Part shown: in pieces, positions 61,901 to 64,000 of the stretch
Layout: every line of letters begins with the position of its first letter
Numbering within the stretch: the stretch's first letter is position 1
Source of the DNA: Cyanophyceae cyanobacterium
GTDB taxonomy: Bacteria > Cyanobacteriota > Cyanobacteriia > Cyanobacteriales > JBHJGN01
Direction: 5' to 3'
Length of the DNA: 64,000 nucleotides
NCBI GenBank assembly: GCA_050331735.1
Contig: JBHJGN010000004.1
Location: 141,986 to 205,985, forward strand
Program-made: the position numbers and the translations under genes
The notes under the pieces: generated by a model
Databases searched by the model: none
Seen by the model: only the letters and a program-made list of their open reading frames with translations
Told to the model about the DNA's origin: nothing

Positions 61901-64000
61901 CCCCAGGTGCAGCAGGCCGTTGTGACGGCTCGCGAAGACACTCCCGGTTATCAGCGCCTCGTTGCCTATGTCGTTCCGATCCAAAAGCTCACCTGCCGCG
62001 AACTGCGGGACTATCTGCTGCAAAAGCTACCGGAATACATGGTTCCATCGGTCTTTATGCTGTTGGACTCTTTGCCCCTCACCCCGAACGGGAAGATTGA
62101 CCGTCGCGCACTTCCTGCTCCAGAGCCAATCGTCAGTGAAACCGAATGGGTGCCGCCGCGTACCCCAACTCAAGCAGTCTTAGCGGCGATTTGGGCAGAA
62201 GTGTTGGGAGTCGAAGTCGGCATTCACCACAACTTTTTTGAATTGGGGGGACATTCCCTGCTAGCAACGCAGGTGATGTCGCGGGTGCGGTCCGCCTTTG
62301 GGCTAGAGCTGCCTCTACGCAGCTTGTTTACCTCTCCCACTATCGAGGAACTGAGTCAACAAGTAGACTCTCGCCAAGCCGGATTAGGACTTGAACCGAT
62401 TAAACCTGTTAATAGAAAAGAAAACCTGCCTCTGTCTTATGCCCAACAGAGACTGTGGTTTTTAGAACAACTGCAAGGAACGGCTGTCTATAATATGCCA
62501 GCCGCCCTCCGCTTAAGCGGAGCTTTAGATAAATCTGCTTTAGAAAGTGCTCTGGCCAAAATTAGGCAACGGCATGAAGTATTGCGGACCCGCTTTCCGA
62601 TGGTGGAGGGGTTGCCGAGGCAGGTCATCGAGTCGCAATCGGCTCTGACCATACCTGTCATTGATTTACAGAATCTACCAGCCGACCAACAAACCGCCCA
62701 AGTGCAGCGCCTAGCCGAGCGAGAAGCCCAAACGCCTTTTGATTTAGGTCAGGGTCCGCTGCTGCGAGTTATCCTGTTGCAGCTCGCTCCGGCTGAACAT
62801 ATCCTGCTGCTGACGATGCACCACATTATCTGCGATGGCTGGTCGCTAGGGATATTGCTGCGCGAAGTGTCGGTGTTCTACCAAGCCTGCACCACTGGGG
62901 AAGCAGCGTGTCTACCGGAGTTGCCGATTCAGTATGCCGATTTCGCCGTCTGGCAGCGTCAGTGGCTCAGGGGAATTTCAGACACTCAACTTAACTACTG
63001 GCAGCAACAACTCCAAGATGCACCGCCGTTGTTAGAGCTGCCCACCGATAGACCGCGACCGCCTGTGCAGAGTTTTTCGGGTGGCAGCGAGTCATTTTTA
63101 CTTCCTCCCGAACTGACCGCTCAGCTCAAAGCGCTTTCGCAGCAGTGTGGAACGACTTTATTTATGACCCTGCTGGCGGCATTGGGAATTCTGCTGTCTC
63201 GCTACAGCCGCCAAGAAGATATTGTGATCGGTGCTCCGATTGCTAACCGGAATCGGCAGGAGCTGGAGCCGTTGATTGGCTTTTTTGCTAACACCTTGGC
63301 TCTGCGCCTAGATTTACAGGGAAATCCCAGCCTGCGAGAATTTTTGCAGCGAGTCCGACAGGTGACATTAGAAGCCTACGCCCACCAAGACCTGCCCTTC
63401 GAGCGGCTAGTAGAAGCCCAGTCAGGGCGCGACCTGAGCCATAGCCCGATATTTCAGGTGATGTTCGCTCTTCAGAATGCTCCCTGGGAAGACCTGAAAC
63501 TACCGGGACTGAGTTGGACACCCCTAGAAACTCGCCGCCACCATACCCAGTTCGATCTCACCCTATCCCTACGGGAAAGTGCATCGGGATTAGAGGGGGT
63601 TTGGGAATACAACGCCGCTCTCTTTGAGGCAGCGACCATGAGTCGGGCGATCGCATCTTATCAAACATTACTAGCAGAAATCGTCGCTAACCCAGAGCAG
63701 CCCATCGGCCATTTCTCTCTCCTCACTCCAGCCCAACAGCAACTGTTGGTAGAGTGGAACGCCACAGCAGCAGACTACCCAGCTCAATCGATGGCCCAAC
63801 TGTTTGAGAAGCAGGTGCAGAAAACACCTCATGCCATCGCCGTCGAGGGGCCACTCCAACAGCTCAGCTACCGCGAGTTAAATACCCGCGCCAATCAGCT
63901 AGCCCACTACCTACACCGATTAGGAGTCGGACCCGAAGTCCTCGTCGGCATCTGCACAGAGCGTTCTGTGGAGATGATTGTCGCACTGCTGGGCATTCTC
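52943..64000 (+). CDS. Lipopeptide NRPS (3' end outside window): FAAL-ACP-luciferase-like monooxygenase-C-A-PCP-C-A-PCP-C-A
   Basis: Motifs in one frame from ATG 52943 to the window end: YTSGSTGQPKG(53447), CYGMAEATL, KTSSGKIQRRAC; LGLNSL(Ser 54794); MEFSLFYFSS...PERHFHAFGGLYPNP(54992); HHIVRDG(56507); GGHSL(Ser 59096); HHIVCDG(59660); GGHSL(Ser 62255); HHIICDG(62819); third A domain from about 63755. Confidence 0.96.
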   Translation, partial: MNNADADERPNSTFVELLAYRAQYKTNQTAYVFLADGEAETARLSYGELDRQARAIAAELHTICQPGERALLLYPSGLEFIAALFGCLYAGVMAVPAAVPRRHFFTRWQAIAADAEATVVLTTAAVEAKLRQQIEAQGQQHRWLVSDRAASSSWVYPAITGETRAILQYTSGSTGQPKGVIVTHRNLLHNQQTIQGAYEHSENTRIVGWLPLFHDMGLVGNVLQPLYLGIPCSLMPPTAFLQKPWRWLQAIARYRATTSGGPNFAYDLCVEKITSQQRAELDLSSWQVAFNGAEPVRAQTLKRFTETFKPCGFRPHAFYPCYGMAEATLLISGGLVTEKPVVCQVEQAALQNNQVEISDNDARELVGCGKSWLGQLVIACPKSLTPLRDEQIGEIWVASESVAQGYWQRPQETQQTFQAYLSTGEGPFLRTGDLGFLREGELFVTGRLKDLIIVRGRNYYPQDIELTVGQSHPALRAGCGAAFAVEINGEERLAVAQEVARTHRRRLKVEETIAAIREAVFQEHELDVYAVLLLETGSIPKTSSGKIQRRACRQQFFTNSFATVGASGLSDQGERSLPDSSTRPALEARLRDRCAQITGIAASKINPHRPLTSLGLNSLKAIEIKNVVEGEFNFSLPIESFWEDLSLTGLADRIQSESAAPIPPASSASAQQSFPPAASSNSNMEFSLFYFSSNEADTQNKYRLLIEGAKFADQNGLSAVWVPERHFHAFGGLYPNPAVLGAALAMVTQNIRLRAGSVVLPLHHPVLVAEEWSVVDHLSQGRIDLAFARGWNPNDFVLSPSAYNNATEVLYSGIDTIKKLWRGESFLLTNGEGKPAPVRLYPAPHQPELPIWLTCSGGKERFVEAGTLGVNVLSALLFQPLEELAEKIALYRQARRSHGHDPGHVTLMLHTFVGEDLAVVRRKVEKPFKNYLKSSVNLWRQGASSLADLNEQEQEHLLTYAFERYFQTALFGTPQSCLSLVNQLKEIGVNEIACLIDFGVEEDSVLSALYSLKKLKQLSNTAAARSSGRTLSKTAAPTSGERNQSSLSPFPFSRSPFRQELFPLSYGQQALWFLHQLNPESAAYNTAFSVRMGANLDVGAWRKALHALVARHPSLRTTFTERDGQPLQEVQETAAVPFETSDARGWTEDKLKQEAIAAYQRPFNLEQSPPLRAHLFLGSEQNIFLLVIHHIVRDGWSMLILIDELRQLYRSERTGQTATLPPLESSYQDYVKWQGERLASDERLGSYWQKQLAALPVLDLPTERGPRQQTNRGGTYTFKLTRGLIQRLQALAQAERATLFMTLLAAFQVLLHRYTGQDDIVVGSPTAGRKADFSRTVGYFVNLVGLRAKFTGKLAFKAFLAQVRQTVLEAIAHQDYPFSLLVERLQLQVSFVLVEAPPQFSEVTKLLGPNEAQVNWDELTLQPFVIPQEEGQFDLSLEVVAAHDTCILKYSSDFAEATIARMAGHWQTLLEGIVANPEQPVCQLPLLTEAEQQQLARWNATQVEYPQSQCIHERFEEQVERTPDAVAVEWGDQHLTYGELNARANHLAHTLQSMGVGSEVLVGICVERSPELVVGLLAILKAGGAYVPLDPAYPEDRLAFMLADAQVRVLLTQPELVAKLPQQQTILCLHDEDQTRTDNPNRVVKPENLAYVVYTSGTTGQPKGVLVPHSGLLNLVFWHQRTFAVTASDRATQLAGIAFDALGWELWPYLTAGATVCLVEPEVLLSPPQLQTWLVSQQITMSFLPTPLAERVLSLEWPDSVSLRLLLTGGDTLHSYPSVPFPVVNNYGPTENTVVTTSGAIAPHQTLSPPIGRPIANTQVYILDPQLQPVPVGIPGELYIGGAGLARGYLNRPELTAEKFIPNPFQEERKEEETGKSKHPFPLSPFPLTLYKTGDLARYLSDGHIEYLGRRDRQVKIRGFRIELGEIEAVLAACPRVQQAVVMACEAPGYPRLVAYVVPPQEKPTGAELRNILLQQLPEYMVPSAFVLLETLPLTPNGKIDYRALPASEPALTDASTTPRTPTQAVVAAIWTEVLGVEVGDHHNFFELGGHSLLVTQVVSRVREAFGLELPVPTLFTAPTLEAFSQQVECLRQEGVGHIPPLEPVPREQPLPLSFAQERLWFLEQLDGSAVYNVSGALRLRGSLNVERLQQALAAIVERHEVLRTCFPMDEGTPGQVISDIKLSVPLIDLQDSATAQSAQVQRLSQQEAQTPFDLEKGPLLRVKLLRLEPSEHILLVTLHHIVCDGWSVNILLRELSAFYQSSTMGASLPELPIQYADFAAWQRRWLRGDILDTQLDYWRKQLEGAPPLLKLPTDRVRPPVQSFSGRSETFVLDSKLITQLKALSQQSGTTLFMTLLAALGVLLSRSSRQEDLVIGTPIANRNQRELEPLIGFFTNTLALRLDASSNPSFTEFLQRVRQVTLAAYTHQDLPFEQLVETLQPERSLSHSPLFQVMFVFEDVAELVLPGLEGSLLATETTTAKFDLTLALRETEAGWQGRWEYSGDLFEAATIRRLSGHFQTLLTGIVANPEQSVSRLPLLTEPEHQLLAQWNATSVEYPPQCLHELFEAQVARTPDAVAVVFEETRLTYRELNERANQLAHHLQTLGVGPEGLVGICAERSPLMVIGLLAILKAGGAYLPLDPGYPTERLAFMLADAQVQVLLTQQNLVAKFPEAVQVVYLEQDRQEPPNNPVSRTTPDSLAYVIYTSGSTGQPKGVAIAHRSPVALVQWARTVFSAAEAGVLASTSLCFDLSVFELFVPLCWGGRVILALDALQLPHLSAADEVTLVNTVPSAIAELLRAKSMPQGVKNVNLAGEALHNDLVQQLYQQGIEKVYNLYGPTEDTTYSTFALIEQGTVGAPSIGRPIANTQVYILDPQLQPVPIGIPGELYIGGAGLARGYLNRPELTTEKFISPSLLATGNRTAIDNSETPNPFSLSPFPLTLYRTGDLARYRPDGNIEYLGRLDHQVKIRGFRIELGEIEAVLAECPQVQQAVVTAREDTPGYQRLVAYVVPIQKLTCRELRDYLLQKLPEYMVPSVFMLLDSLPLTPNGKIDRRALPAPEPIVSETEWVPPRTPTQAVLAAIWAEVLGVEVGIHHNFFELGGHSLLATQVMSRVRSAFGLELPLRSLFTSPTIEELSQQVDSRQAGLGLEPIKPVNRKENLPLSYAQQRLWFLEQLQGTAVYNMPAALRLSGALDKSALESALAKIRQRHEVLRTRFPMVEGLPRQVIESQSALTIPVIDLQNLPADQQTAQVQRLAEREAQTPFDLGQGPLLRVILLQLAPAEHILLLTMHHIICDGWSLGILLREVSVFYQACTTGEAACLPELPIQYADFAVWQRQWLRGISDTQLNYWQQQLQDAPPLLELPTDRPRPPVQSFSGGSESFLLPPELTAQLKALSQQCGTTLFMTLLAALGILLSRYSRQEDIVIGAPIANRNRQELEPLIGFFANTLALRLDLQGNPSLREFLQRVRQVTLEAYAHQDLPFERLVEAQSGRDLSHSPIFQVMFALQNAPWEDLKLPGLSWTPLETRRHHTQFDLTLSLRESASGLEGVWEYNAALFEAATMSRAIASYQTLLAEIVANPEQPIGHFSLLTPAQQQLLVEWNATAADYPAQSMAQLFEKQVQKTPHAIAVEGPLQQLSYRELNTRANQLAHYLHRLGVGPEVLVGICTERSVEMIVALLGIL
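56079..56132. repeat. In-frame heptamer/REP-like repeat in the NRPS monooxygenase-C linker
   Basis: CCCTTTC-type units; 56104-56132 matches the reverse complement of 31217-31245 at 27 of 29 bases. Confidence 0.85.
58580..58605. repeat. In-frame CCCTTTC x3 repeat in A domain 1
   Basis: ccctttcccctttcccctttccccct encoding PFPLSPFPL just before LYKTGDL. Confidence 0.85.
61735..61761. repeat. In-frame CCCTTTC-type repeat in A domain 2
   Basis: ccccttttccctttcccctttccccct encoding PFSLSPFPL just before LYRTGDL. Confidence 0.85.

Noticed and set aside
53263..63859. The many short ORFs listed in the track across 53-64 kb
   Set aside because: They are alternative-frame or antisense shadows of the single long NRPS frame.

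Overview
Cyanobacterial chromosome window, judged from the dense HIP1 GCGATCGC octamers, psbQ, NTRC and the ftsQ-ftsZ-thiD order. Bases 1-14.4 kb and 21.9-35.3 kb are mostly housekeeping or conserved genes (rplL, ctpC, ftsQ, ftsZ, thiD, hisS, an ABC-F ATPase, NTRC, two Ser/Thr kinases, uvrC, aminopeptidase P). 14.7-21.8 kb is an envelope-protein cluster with two paralogous repeat lipoproteins and a DUF3102-KOW-like protein. 36.2-38.2 kb is a patchwork: decayed gene remnants, two hairpin-led small coiled-coil genes (one with a 21-bp tandem repeat), and a STAND-NTPase-type gene fragment interrupted by a 108-bp MITE with a TAA target-site duplication. Next come an Ntn acylase, psbQ, devA/devC-like genes, a candidate structured RNA, tRNA-Gln(UUG) and mutS2. 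From 48.4 kb there is a large surface protein split by a frameshift in a G7 tract and an IS701-family remnant. The largest feature is absent from the ORF track because it runs off the window: a >3686-codon NRPS starting at 52943 with the order FAAL-ACP-luciferase-like monooxygenase-C-A(Leu)-PCP-C-A(Ala)-PCP-C-A, carrying in-frame copies of the genome's intergenic heptamer repeats. All family assignments come from motif recognition by eye, not database searches.
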